A DNA stretch of 62,960 nt, the filler included, from Octopus bimaculoides (Eukaryota), in NCBI RefSeq assembly GCF_001194135.2. It is 5 parts of 4 records of this genome, joined end to end, with 100 filler letters (N's around TTAATTAATTAA, not from the genome) between each part and the next. Parts side by side here need not be neighbours in the genome. Positions count along the whole stretch, not along the records: positions 1 to 15,721 come from NW_026390019.1; 4 more parts are not named here. One strand, 5' to 3'. Both the position numbers and the translations under genes were made by a program. Under the pieces are notes generated by a model. It saw only the letters and a list, made by a program, of their open reading frames with translations, was not told where the DNA came from and did not search any database. Shown one piece after another: positions 1 to 11,874 of the stretch (its first letter is position 1; each line of letters starts with the position of its first letter).

Positions 1-3
1 ATA

Positions 4-78
<75 letters not shown>

Positions 79-338
79 TGTATGTGTGTACGTGTGTGTT
101 TGTATGTATATTCATGTAGGTGTAGGTAAGTGTGTGTATACATGTGTGTGATGGGATCGATGTATGTATATATGTGTGTGTGTGTGTATATATATATATA
201 CACACATACATATATATCTATTGGTATATAGATACATACATACAAATACATACACATGCATACATAATACACTCACACACATACATGCATACAAACACAC
301 ATACATATACACACATACACGCACACGTGTAGACTTAC

Positions 339-373
<35 letters not shown>

Positions 374-894
374 TGCATATACAGACATACAAACTTACAG
401 ACATACACACAGATATATATAGACACACACACGCACACACTGTTGTCTATTATTTCTTGTAATAGCAGAAAGGGAACACGTAGTGAGTAGGAGGGTATTT
501 TAAGGGTTAGAAAAAAAAAGGGAAGGGCACTATCCCCTTAAACATTATTTATTTATGTGTGCTTTCAGTGATAGGTCGGACAATATAGGGACACAAAGGG
601 GATTCCGTTAACCCGAATAAAGTTCCTTACAATTGTAAATCCGGGAGTGGAGGTCGGTGAGAATATCGGTCATGAAATTGTCATGTCTATCTTGGAGTAT
701 AAAAGCAAACGAACAAAAGGATTGTCTTCCATTATAGCCCTCGGACCGACCAATGGCATGAGCGTGGGTTTAGTATATTTCCTTTCACTCTTTTCTATCG
801 AAGATCATAGGTTCGAAACGTAAAAGACTTTTACATCTTTCCCAAGGGTCAAAGCGTCAAACTGATGCACCTGCTTAGTTTTCCGGCACCTGTC

Positions 895-1205
895 TTGCTC
901 TGTGAGTGGATCTGGAAGACGGAAACTGAAAGAAGCCTGTGGTATATATACATATATGTATGTGTGTGTGTGCATATGTTTGTATGTCCGTGTTTGTCCC
1001 CCCCCCCCTCCAACATCGCTTGACAACCGATGTTGGTGTGTTTACGTCCCCGTTAGCTAGCTGTTCGGCAAAAGTGTTCGTTAGAATAAGTAATAGGCTT
1101 ACAAAAAAAAAAAAAAACAGAAAAAAAGGTCCTGGGATCGATTTGTTCGACTAAAGGGCGGTGCTCCAGCATGGCCGCAGTCAAATGAGTGAAACAAGTG
1201 AAAGA
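895..1205 (+). mobile_element. tRNA/CORE-type octopus SINE (family A), 5'-truncated
   Basis: Head end ggaaactgaaagaagcc, microsatellite linker, tail ...ggcggtgctccagcatggccgcagtcaaatga...; matches many copies in the window. Confidence 0.85.
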
Positions 1206-1606
1206 ATGTAAGAATAAATGCATGTGTGTATGAATATATATATTTATGTATGTATATATATGTATATATGCATATGTATGTATATGTGTATGTATATATG
1301 TATATGTATACATATATATATGTATGTATATATGTGTATATATGTATATGTATATATGTATAAGTATACATATATATGTATGTATGTAGTACGTTAATTA
1401 ACTCCACCAGGTGGTGTTACCATCGCCCCAACACTGGTTGAGTCATACTAAAAGCGTATTGAAAGAGCGATGGGTCGGAGTGGCCAAGTGGAAGATAGGA
1501 CGGTGGCGTTTGTGACACATCCTACAACTCCTGAGTACTAAAACCCACACCCAGCCCACACACCTCACCCACCCACCGCCTACCCCATCGACGCCTTGCA
1601 ATGACC

Positions 1607-1639
<33 letters not shown>

Positions 1640-1779
1640 CGATGATGACCATGTCTACTTCCTTTTAGTTTTTTTTTTTTTTTTTTATGTCTTAAGTAAA
1701 TGAAACAACGTCAAGTGCGGTCGGTTAGAATTGCTGTGGATGTAATGAAGACGGGGGTGGGTGGGAGGCTGAATATTAC

Positions 1780-1811
<32 letters not shown>

Positions 1812-1969
1812 GGGGAGGTGTCGAGGAAGAGGAGGAGAATAAAGGTGTGTCGATGGCGGAGAGGTTGAGAGGTACATATAATTGCGTTCAAGCCACCTAT
1901 TCTGATGTATGTGTGTGCATATATGATATATATGCATAGCTATGTATGTATATACATACATACATACAT

Positions 1970-2012
<43 letters not shown>

Positions 2013-2340
2013 CACACACGTATATACACACTCACACATACATATGTATATATATATATATGTGTATATATATATATATATTTGGTGCTCGAGTATACAC
2101 ATATATTTATAAATAGACATACACACATATATGTATACACATATGTATATATCATCATCATCATCATCATCATCATCAACAACAACAGCACCTTCATCAT
2201 CGCCATTAGCAACAGTTTTACGACCATGCTGCCGCTGTCATGGTTTAGGCGCCACTTTTGAAGTCCCGTTTTACAACCGGATGTTCATCCTGGCAATAAT
2301 CCCTTTACAGCCAGGATATTGCGGATCTTCCACATCATAT

Positions 2341-2379
<39 letters not shown>

Positions 2380-2407
2380 TGCGTGCATGTATGTATGTAT
2401 GTATGTC

Positions 2408-2806
2408 ATTGTGGAGGCGCAATGGCCCAGTGGTTAGGGCAGCGGAGTCGTGGTCATAGGATCGCGGTTTCGATTCCCAGACCGGGCGTTGTGAGTGTTT
2501 ATTGAGCGAAAACACCTAAAGCTCCACGAGGCTCCGGCAGGGGATGGTGGCGAACCCTGCTGTACTCTTCCACCCCACAACTTTCTCTCACTCTTTACTT
2601 CCTGTCTCTGCTTTGTGCCTGTAATTCAAAGGGTCAGACTTGTCACACACTGTGTCACGCTGAATATCCCCCCGAGAACTACGTTAAGGGTACACCTGTC
2701 TGTGGAGTGCTCAGCCACTTGCACGTTAATTTCACGAGCAGGCTGTTCCGTTGGTCGGATCAACTGGAACCCTCGTCGTCGTAAGCGACGGAGTACCAAC
2801 AACATG
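2408..2806 (+). mobile_element. tRNA-derived SINE (family B), near full length
   Basis: A box tggcccagtgg, B-box-like gtttcgattcc, body matches the inverted copy at 46815-47149; ends ...ggagtaccaacaac. Confidence 0.85.
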
Positions 2807-2914
2807 TATGTCTTTATTCAGTTTTAGTTCAAGATTTCTAAGCAATAGAGAAAAAGCCGGCTTTCAAACTAGATCCGACGCTTTTTCATTGGAATTTCAA
2901 CAGCATCAAGAGAG

Positions 2915-3112
2915 GCAGGATTGGCTGTGTCATTTCGTGAGCCTGGTACTTATTCTATCCGACTCTTTGGCCGAACCGCCAAGCCATATAGGGAGGTAAA
3001 GGCACCAACACCAGCTGTTAAGCTGTCGTGGGGGACAAACACAGACACAAAGACACATACGCGTATATGAATATAAGACGGGCTTCTTTCAAACTGAAAA
3101 AAGCCCGTCGAA
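2915..3112 (-). mobile_element. SINE family A tail plus inverted head junction
   Basis: agcctggtacttattctatc...ggggacaaacacagacac; ends in gacgggcttctttc-aaactgaaaaaagcccgtc. Confidence 0.7.
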
Positions 3113-3459
3113 TATATATATATATATATAAACAAATAGTAAATGAGTATATGCATATATACGTACAGGTATGTGCATACCGACATCCACCTGTATGTAT
3201 AGGTGCATATCTGGGTACAGGACGCTGCAAACAAAACAGAGACGAGAAAACACACAAGCCACATAGAGAACATTCTACTTCATCAGCTACCTCCGTTTTA
3301 ACACCGGCGTTTCGAAGAGCTAGGTATATNNNNNNNNNNNNNNNNNNNNNNNNNNNNNNNNNNNNNNNNNNNNNNNNNNNNNNNNNNNNNNNNNNNNNNN
3401 NNNNNNNNNNNNNNNNNNNNNNNNTATATTTATTTATTTATTTATTTATATTGATTTAT

Positions 3460-3680
3460 GTGTTTATGTCTGTTCGTCTCCCAACCCACTGCCATCGCTT
3501 GACAACCGATGTCGGTGTGTTTATGTCCTCGTAACTTAGCGGTTCGGCAAAGGTCACTGATAGAATATGTGCTAGGCTTACAAAGAATAAGTCCCGGGGT
3601 TGATTTGTTCAACTAAAAACACTTCAAGGCGGTGCCCCAGCATGGCCGCAGTCAAATTACTTAAAGAAGTAAAAGAATAT
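3460..3680 (+). mobile_element. SINE family A tail
   Basis: catcgcttgacaaccgatg...ccccagcatggccgcagtcaaat. Confidence 0.85.
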
Positions 3681-4043
3681 ATACATTTATGCACACAACG
3701 CAGACGTGTGTGTGTGTCTGTATATATATGTATATATACGTGTGTGTGTGTGTGTACATACACGCACACATACATATATATGTAGGTATGCATATGTCTG
3801 TGTGTGTCATCAAGAACGCCGGAGCAGGAAGACGAAAAAGACCGGAAGTTAATGAAGATGCCATATTGCAAAGAGGGAAGAGGAAGTGACAACTGAGACC
3901 AGACGGGTTGATTTCATTGGTTGTGGACTATGTGGTGGTGGTGGTGGTGGTGGTCGGGAGGAAGCTTGTTAAGGTACACTTGTCCTCTCGACATCAGAGG
4001 GTGAGGTGGGGGAGAAAGGCAGGGGGTTGGCAGGATGGGAGTC

Positions 4044-4688
4044 TTGTTGTTGTTTGGCCCTAGGTCAGTCTCGATCCAGACAGACCTATGATCAAAGATG
4101 TTCCAGCTGTGACCATCCTGTCTTTTATTCTGGCATAGTGTATCTAGGACTACATTATCTGCCTTTCCTTGTTGATGTTGTTTAACCCCAGGTCAGTCCT
4201 GCTCCAGGCAGACCTATGATCAAAGATGTTCCAACTGTGACCATCCTGTCTTTTTTTCTGGCATAGTGTATCTAGGACTACATAATCTAATGTGTCCTTC
4301 CTTGTTCTTGTTGTTTAACCCCAGGTCAGTCCTGCTCCAGATAGACTTATGATCAAGACGTTCCAGGTGTGACCATCCTGTCTTTTATTCTGGCATAGTG
4401 TATCTAGGACTACATTATCTAAAGTGTCTTTCCTTCTTCTTCTTGTTTAACCCCAGGTCAGTCCTGTTCCAGACAGACCTACGATCAAAAATGTTCCAGC
4501 TGTGACCACCGTGTCTTATTCAGACATAGTAATAAGTGTATCTTGGACTACATTATCTAATGTGCCCTTTCCTTGTTGCTATAGTTTAGCCCCAGGTCAG
4601 TCCTGCTCCAGACAAACCTATGATCAAAGACGTTCCAATTGTGATCATCCTGTCTTTTATTCAGGCATAGTGTATCTAGGACTACATA
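4044..4688. repeat. Five diverged head-to-tail ~130-bp units
   Basis: ggtcag anchors at 4063, 4191, 4324, 4456, 4595; unit ...ccccaggtcagtcctgctccagacagacctatgatcaaagatgttccagctgtgaccatcctgtc...gtgtatctaggactacat. Confidence 0.93.
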
Positions 4689-5120
4689 CTGTATGTATGT
4701 ATGTATGTATGTGTCTCTTCGTTTGAAGAATCCGGGGCAGAAGGTTCCCCTTTCTTCTTCTTCTTCTTCTTCTTCTTCTGACCATCATCCAATTAACTAA
4801 AAATTCTAATCTGGTCGTTTTTTTTTATCCCCTTTTCCTCTTCTTGACCACTCGGACATACGTCCTCAAGTGTGTTGCACTTCCGCTTTTGCAGTCTGAG
4901 ACATATTTCCGACACCATCTTGAAAGGGACATCATCATCATCATCCTCATCATCATCGTGCTCTACCATCATAATCATCACCATCGTCCTTGTCGTCTTT
5001 GTCATCGTTACAGTTGTCATCATTGTCATCATCATCATCATCATCATCGTTGTTATCGTCGTCATCATTATCAATGTCATCATCACCAGCAGCAAAAGTA
5101 GTGGTGGTGGTGGTGGTAGC

Positions 5121-5168
<48 letters not shown>

Positions 5169-5201
5169 GGTGGTGGTGGTAGTGGTGGTGGTGGTGGTAG
5201 C

Positions 5202-5234
<33 letters not shown>

Positions 5235-5944
5235 GGTGGTTGGTGGTAGTGGTAGTGGTGGTGGTGGTGGTAGCAGTAGTNNNNNNNNNNNNNNNNNNNN
5301 NNNNNNNNNNNNNNNNNNNNNNNNNNNNNNNNNNNNNNNNNNNNNNNNNNNNNNNNNNNNNNNNNNNNNNNNNNNNNNNNNNNNNNNNNNNNNNNNNNNN
5401 NNNNNNNNNNNNNNNNNNNNNNNNNNNNNNNNNNNNNNNNNNNNNNNNNNNNNNNNNNNNNNNNNNNNNNNNNNNNNNNNNNNNNNNNNNNNNNNNNNNN
5501 NNNNNNNNNNNNNNNNNNNNNNNNNNNNNNNNNNNNNNNNNNNNNNNNNNNNNNNNNNNNNNNNNNNNNNNNNNNNNNNNNNNNNNNNNNNNNNNNNNNN
5601 NNNNNNNNNNNNNNNNNNNNNNNNNNNNNNNNNNNNNNNNNNNNNNNNNNNNNNNNNNNNNNNNNNNNNNNNNNNNNNNNNNNNNNNNNNNNNNNNNNNN
5701 NNNNNNNNNNNNNNNNNNNNNNNNNNNNNNNNNNNNNNNNNTGTGTACGTGTGTACGTGTGTGTGTGTACGTGTGTGTGTGTACGTGTGTGTGTACGTGT
5801 GTGTGTGTGTACGTGTGTGTGTGTACGTGTGTGTGTCTGTGTGTGTACGTGTGTGTGTGTGTGTGTGTGTGTATTCAGACACTTTTCTTGTGAGGATCAA
5901 AAAGGTCTTGGTAATCATGATAGTGACGCGTTCATGTATGTCAG

Positions 5945-6470
5945 ACAAAGAAGTTTGCTCTCCAACTACATGGTTCCGGGTTCAGTCCCACTGCGTGGCA
6001 CCTTGGGCAAGTGTCTTCTACTATAGCCTCGTGCTAACCAAAGCCTTGTCAGTGGATTTCGTAGACGGAAATTGAAACAAGCCCGTTGTATATGTGTATA
6101 TGTTTGTGTGTCTGTGTTTGTCTCCCCCACTATCGCTTGACAATCGATGCTGGTGTGTTTACGTCCTTGTAACTTACGGTTGGGCAAAAAGAGACCGATA
6201 GAATAAGTACTAGGCTTACAAAAGAATAAGTCATGGGGTCGATTTGCTCGACTAAAAGGCGGTGCTCCAGCATGGCCGCAGTCAAAATGACTGAAACAAG
6301 TAAAAAACAAAGAGTATATGAAATAGATAGATAAATAGATAGATAGATAGATAGTGTCTTCTTCTATAGCCTTGGGCTGACTAAAACCTTGTGAGTGGAT
6401 TTGGTAGATGGAAACTGAAAGAAGACCGCTGTATATGTGTGTATGTGTCTGTGTTTGTCCGCCACCACCC
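5945..6470 (+). mobile_element. SINE family A full copy followed by a second partial copy
   Basis: B box ggttcagtccc, CORE-like accttgggcaagtgtcttc, linker and tail to ~6310; second head fragment 6352-6470. Confidence 0.88.
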
Positions 6471-7067
6471 CTGTATACACACACGTTATACACAGAGGAC
6501 AACTGTAATCTGTGATTAAAACAAGGACAGATCCATATCAAAAGCTGAAGTAATTAATACACGCACTGATACGTCGAAAGCTGTTTAAATACGTTGGCAG
6601 AGAAAGCGATGTTGAAAGTGGGTAACGAAGGTTGTGAAGACGGCAGGACGGCCATTGCATGGCTGGATGGAAAGGAATGGAATGTGGGTGGTCGCGCTAC
6701 ACTATATATATATATATGCATTTATCCATACATGTATGTGCATAGCTACATCTATATGTATACATACGTGCATGCATATATGGGTACAGGACATTAAAAA
6801 AAAAAAAAAAAANNNNNNNNNNNNNNNNNNNNNNNNNNNNNNNNNNNNNNNNNNNNNNNNNNNNNNNNNNNNNNNNNNNNNNNNNNNNNNNNNNNNNNNN
6901 NNNNNNNNNNNNNNNNNNNNNNNNNNNNNNNNNNNNNNNNNNNNNNNNNNNNNNNNNNNNNNNNNNNNNNNNNNNNNNNNNNNNNNNNNNNNNNNNNNNN
7001 NNNNNNNNNNNNNNNNNNNNNNNNNNNNNNNNNNNNNNNNNNNNNNNNNNNNNNNNNNNNNNNNNNN

Positions 7068-7145
<78 letters not shown>

Positions 7146-7158
7146 CGACGTATATACT

Positions 7159-7190
<32 letters not shown>

Positions 7191-7443
7191 CACACACACA
7201 TATATATTTATATAATTCCATCATACAAATAACACATACACACACATGTATCTATGTATATGTGTGTACTTGTATGTGTGGATATATATATATATATAGA
7301 TAGATAGATAGATAGATATAGATTTATACAGATAATGTGTGTGTGTATGTGTGTGTCTGTGTGTGCGTGTGTGTATGTGTGTGTATACATATAGATATAT
7401 AGATAAATAGATATAGATATATACTTATGTATATAATGTATGC

Positions 7444-7475
<32 letters not shown>

Positions 7476-7544
7476 ATACACACACACACGCGCATTCACA
7501 AACACATGTACACATATATTTACATATTAGTGTATAAAGACTTC

Positions 7545-7680
7545 TGTACGTGCGTCCAGCCCGTGTCCGGAAGTCTCCAAGGCAAACCGCCAATCAAAGC
7601 CCTATGTTTGCTCAGCACAAACAAACACATAGATCCGATGTTTACCCAGAGCTGTCCGTCCCGCGTACGTCTGCTCTCAA
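7545..7680 (+). promoter_or_regulatory. Putative protocadherin promoter / non-coding first exon
   Basis: GC-richer unique island ~300 bp upstream of the 7964 acceptor with CCGGAAGT (ETS, 7567-7574), CCAATCA (7590-7596) and possible donor CGC|GTACGT near 7665. Confidence 0.4.
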
Positions 7681-7991
7681 TGAAATTATTGATTGATTAG
7701 TATTAACAATATTGTACAATAGCGTCGTCATTGTTTGCAGCTGTATCCTTACATTCACAATTATATTGGTTCGCTGCAATTTTTTTTCTTTCTTTTTGTT
7801 CTTCCTTGGTTTTTGTTTTCTGACCACAAAATCAACAAGGGATTGTCTACGTAAATTTGTCTATCTACCTTCATATCTATTTATCGCCCCACCCCCACCC
7901 AAATTTTTTTCAAGCCATTTTCTGATCTGTTCTCTTTCTTTTTTTTTTCTGTTCTCTTTTCAGGAACCGGCACACACGTGACCATCGTAGA

Positions 7992-10718
7992 ATGCAAGCC
8001 CTCACATCTTTACTGCTTCTAGTGCTCTGCCTACCCGGTATTTACAGCGAAGGAGGTTTGTCGTACAAGATCCGCGAGGAATTACCTGCTGGTACTTTCA
8101 TAGGGAATATTCTAACCGATGCAAAGATCTTGGACAGCGTGGCCCCAGAGGAGCGAAATCTTATCAGACTGCGACTGCTGAGCCAAGCAGGGAGAGGGTC
8201 TCCAGCTTTGTTTAATGTTAGTGAGGTATCGGGGGAGTTGCATACTGCGCAACGCCTCGATGCCGAGTCTCTGTGTGACGTGGCCATCATCTGCAAAAGG
8301 ACAGTTGACGTGGCGGTGCAAAAAGACAAGGAATTGTTGAAAGTTTTGAAGGTTGAAGTCATTATCGAGGACTCCAACGACCACGTACCGTTATTTGCTG
8401 AGAAAGAAATTGAGGTGCAGTTCCTGGACGGAGACACGAATAAGCGAAAATCGATAGCTAAGGCAACCGATGGTGACGTTGGCGTTAATAATTCGCACAT
8501 CACGTACAGGTTGGAGAAGGAAGAGAGCAGCGACCCGTTCAGGCTTGACGTTACGACTCGGCCCGACGGTTCGTCCGACCTTTATCTTTACCTGGATGGA
8601 AAACTAGACAGAGAGACAAAGCCAGGATACACAGTTCGAATTCTGGCCGAGGACAACGGAAAGCCTCCCAAAAAAAGCAGCTTAGACGTTAAAATAATCG
8701 TAGCCGACGTGAATGATAATGCTCCGGTTTTTGAAAAAGCAAAGTATAATGTGACCACCGAAAATGAAGTCAATAAAAGTAAGGCAATTGTTTACGTGAA
8801 AGCTAACGATGCAGATTCAGGGAAAAACGGTCAAGTAAGCTACAAATTCAGCTCTCGGACGTCTTCAGTGGCTAAAAAGCTTTTTGAATTAGATGAAGAC
8901 ACAGGCGCGATATATTTGAGTCAGAAAATTTCCGTTGAGCAACCGACGAAATATAAACTGTTTGTAGAAGCCGTTGACGGCGCTGAGCGTCCCCTGAGCG
9001 CCCAGGTTGTCGTTCATGTTCAAATCATTCACTCCCAAAATAACCCTCCCAAGATTAGCATAAACTTCGTCTCCCATACTGCGAAAATCACGGAGGGTGC
9101 AAACTCGGAGAGTTTCGTGGCGTATGTCCAAGTAAAAGACCCGGATATTGGCGAGAACGGAAAAGTGGGATGCGCGTTGACGCACGAGTACTTCCGGCTG
9201 CGTAGCTTGGACAAAGATGACTATGAAGTGGTAATTAAGAAACCAGTAGACCGTGAAACGAACGAACACTTTAACGTAACGATCACGTGTCGTGACCAAG
9301 GGTCTCCGCCTCTCCAGAGTGAGAGTAACTTCCGGGTAGAAGTTGACGATATCAATGACGAGTATCCCCAGTTTGAACGCCCGGTCTACGACGTGACCTT
9401 TGAAGAGAACAGCATTATAGGCATAAAAGTAGAAGCGGTTTCGGCCCGAGACAAAGACATCGGTCAGAACGGTGAGGTGCGGTATTTCTTCGATCGAGAC
9501 GCGCTGCCGTATTTCATTGTCGACCCGCAAACGGGTATCATTCGCACCGTAACGGTATTCGATCGCGAATCCACGTCGAAGAAGGAGTTTAAAATCTATG
9601 CCAAAGATCTCGGCAAACCGTCCCACACCAGTAGCGCCACCATGCGAGTAAACGTGCTCGATGTGAACGACGAGGCTCCGGTATTCACTGAAAAGCTGTT
9701 CCACTTCAAAACGTATGAAAACCAACTTCCGAAGTTCCCGGTTGGGTTTATTAACGCCACCGATAGGGATCTCGGTGACGGCGGAAAACTGAGCTATTCG
9801 TTGATTACAGACGAGAACCAAGTACTCCCTTTCTGGATTTCAGACGATGGGTTTTTATCGGTGGGGCAGCTACTTGACCACGAGTACCAAAACTCATACA
9901 GATTCAAGGTGTTTGTAAAAGATAACGGTAAACCTTCGTTAAACAACACAGTCGATGTTCTGGTTGATGTACTGGATGAGAACGATAACAGGCCGTATTT
10001 TCTGTTTCCTAGCGTCACCAACTTCAGCATGGCCATCTACTACTACCCCGATGGTGAGAAAGAGATAACTGTCCTGCAGGCCACCGACAGGGACAGCGGC
10101 GAAAATGCGCGGCTGAGTTACGAAATCGTGTCCGGCAATGAAAACGGTTTGTTTGCGGTCGACGCCTTGTACGGGTCGCTCTCATTCGCCCGCGAGGCTA
10201 ACAGAGATGATAATGGCATGTATATGTTGCAGCTCATGGTGAAAGACCGCGGAAAGCCACCCTTGTCCACCACGGCTAACTTCTCCCTATCGTTAGTGGT
10301 CAGTAATGAAACGTCAAACAAACACGGAGAATTCCTTACACCAAGCAACGGCGGAGTGGGCCAGAACCTGCTCGTCGTCATCGCCTTGATTGCCGTGACT
10401 GGGTCGGTCGGGTTGGTCATTTTAATAACAATCTGCGTGATTCGATGGAACGACCGGCGGCAAACCAGCTCACGACTGACCTCGTCCTCCTCGTCGGCCT
10501 CTTCTGGCGGGCACCAGAATTCCTCCAAATGCCTTCCAACGCCGCAGATCTCAACCGCTCTTGAACTGGGCCCGTCTTTACAGAACGACAACACCCTCAA
10601 AGGGAACAGCACTTTCCGAACGTCTCAGAGGAACCAAGACCGCAACATATTTAACCCCTGCCATGGCAAACAGTCAGAAATTTTCCAACCCACAGCAGCA
10701 ACAGTTAACCAAGGCCAG
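7992..10718 (+). CDS. PCDH: Protocadherin, large first coding exon (909 codons): signal peptide, EC1-EC7, TM helix, proximal cytoplasmic tail
   Basis: 940-aa ORF with signal peptide MQALTSLLLLVLCLPGIYS; EC1 with LDAESLC-x5-C; linker motifs DSNDHVP, DVNDNAP, HSQNNPP, DINDEYP, DVNDEAP, DENDNRP; DxD/DRE motifs; TM LLVVIALIAVTGSVGLVILITICVI. Strong acceptor (polypyrimidine + CAG 7961-7963) and phase-0 donor CAG|GTAACA at 10718/10719. Symbol is family-level only. Confidence 0.96.
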
Positions 10719-10899
10719 GTAACAAACGTAATTACTTTCACTTTTTTGCAAAATTTATTCACTTATTTTAATCAACGCCAAGCTGGAGCAATTCTTATTT
10801 CATTGTTTTATTAACCCCTTGTCTTATGGATACACTCCCTTTATTTTTAACTCTTCTTTGTATTATTTTCTGTACAACCTCACCCATCACTATCCAAGT

Positions 10900-10931
10900 T
10901 GTTGTTATTATTATTATTGTTCTTGTTATTA

Positions 10932-10972
<41 letters not shown>

Positions 10973-10979
10973 GTTATCA

Positions 10980-11041
<62 letters not shown>

Positions 11042-11050
11042 GTTCAGTAG
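10900..11050. repeat. (TTA)n microsatellite
   Basis: Direct reading. Confidence 0.95.
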
Positions 11051-11055
11051 TTTTA

Positions 11056-11235
11056 TTTTTATAACGTGCTTTCACTTCACTACCGAGCGCAGCTCTGTGC
11101 GCCTTGAGTATGTGCTGTGGTTTGCTGTGGTGCTCTTATGCTTACTGTATTAAAAGTGTTTTGCGTAGAATGTGTGCAGTACCCAGTAGGGCAATTTTCT
11201 GTATGTTATATATATTTGTAAGTCCTGGTGTTTTT
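11056..11235 (-). mobile_element. 3' end of an R4/Dong-like non-LTR retrotransposon inside a (TAA)n tract
   Basis: Minus strand reads PGLTNIYNIQKIALLGTAHILRKTLLIQ*, the typical REL-endonuclease C-terminus; TTA repeats on both sides. Confidence 0.75.
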
Positions 11236-11315
11236 ATTATTATTANNNNNNNNNNNNNNNNNNNNNNNNNNNNNNNNNNNNNNNNNNNNNNNNNNNNNNN
11301 NNNNNNNNNNNNNNG

Positions 11316-11395
11316 GTCGATGTAATCGACTTAATCCGTTTGTCTGTCCTTGTTTGTCCCCTCTATGTTTAGCCCCGTTGTGGGTAATAAAGAAA
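11316..11395 (+). mobile_element. 3' part of SINE family C
   Basis: ggtcgatgtaatcgactta shared with 19100 and 49940 copies. Confidence 0.6.
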
Positions 11396-11874
11396 TAAAT
11401 AATAATGATGATAATGATGATGATTATAATAATAATAATAATAATAATAATGATAAGGTAACAGCAACTTGGTGTATATGTGTGTTTGTATATATGTATA
11501 TATATATGTGTGTGTCAGTATGTATTATCTGTGTATGTATATGTGTGTACGTATGTATATGTGCGTGTGCTCGAGGTAGTCTCAACTGATGTATATAAAA
11601 AAGAAAAAAATACATGTAAAAAAAAAAACCCAACAGACAACCAACACACACAGCAGACGAGAAACATTTACAATATGGAGTAGAGAAAAATAATAATAAT
11701 AATAATTAAATGTTTAATTTTTCAGGGCTTTTTCTCTCTCTCTCTCCCTACTTTCCTACGCAAAAAATTGTTTAAAAAACAAAAACAAAAAGAATTAAAA
11801 AAAAAAAAACAAAAAAAAAAACAAGATGGAACTAGTTTGGGTGATATTAAAAACTGTTTAAACTTTTTCTGCAG

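Noticed and set aside
2415-2490. tRNA gene (also 34463-34530 and the SINE A heads)
   Set aside because: A/B boxes continue directly into SINE bodies; no complete cloverleaf.
4044-4688. CRISPR-like array
   Set aside because: Whole units are homologous with no unique spacers; no cas genes; eukaryotic context.
1-7500. Dozens of ORFs rich in YI/HT/CV/poly-I/poly-S here and throughout the window
   Set aside because: Translations of (TA)n, (CA)n, (ATC)n, (TAA)n microsatellites or N runs; no coding signal.
8042-10612. Long antisense ORFs inside the protocadherin exon
   Set aside because: Expected shadow ORFs of a GC-balanced coding exon; no independent motifs.
10719-10814. Last 31 codons of the 940-aa ORF as constitutive coding sequence
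   Set aside because: Follow a good phase-0 donor and composition shifts to AT-rich intron; kept only as a possible isoform.
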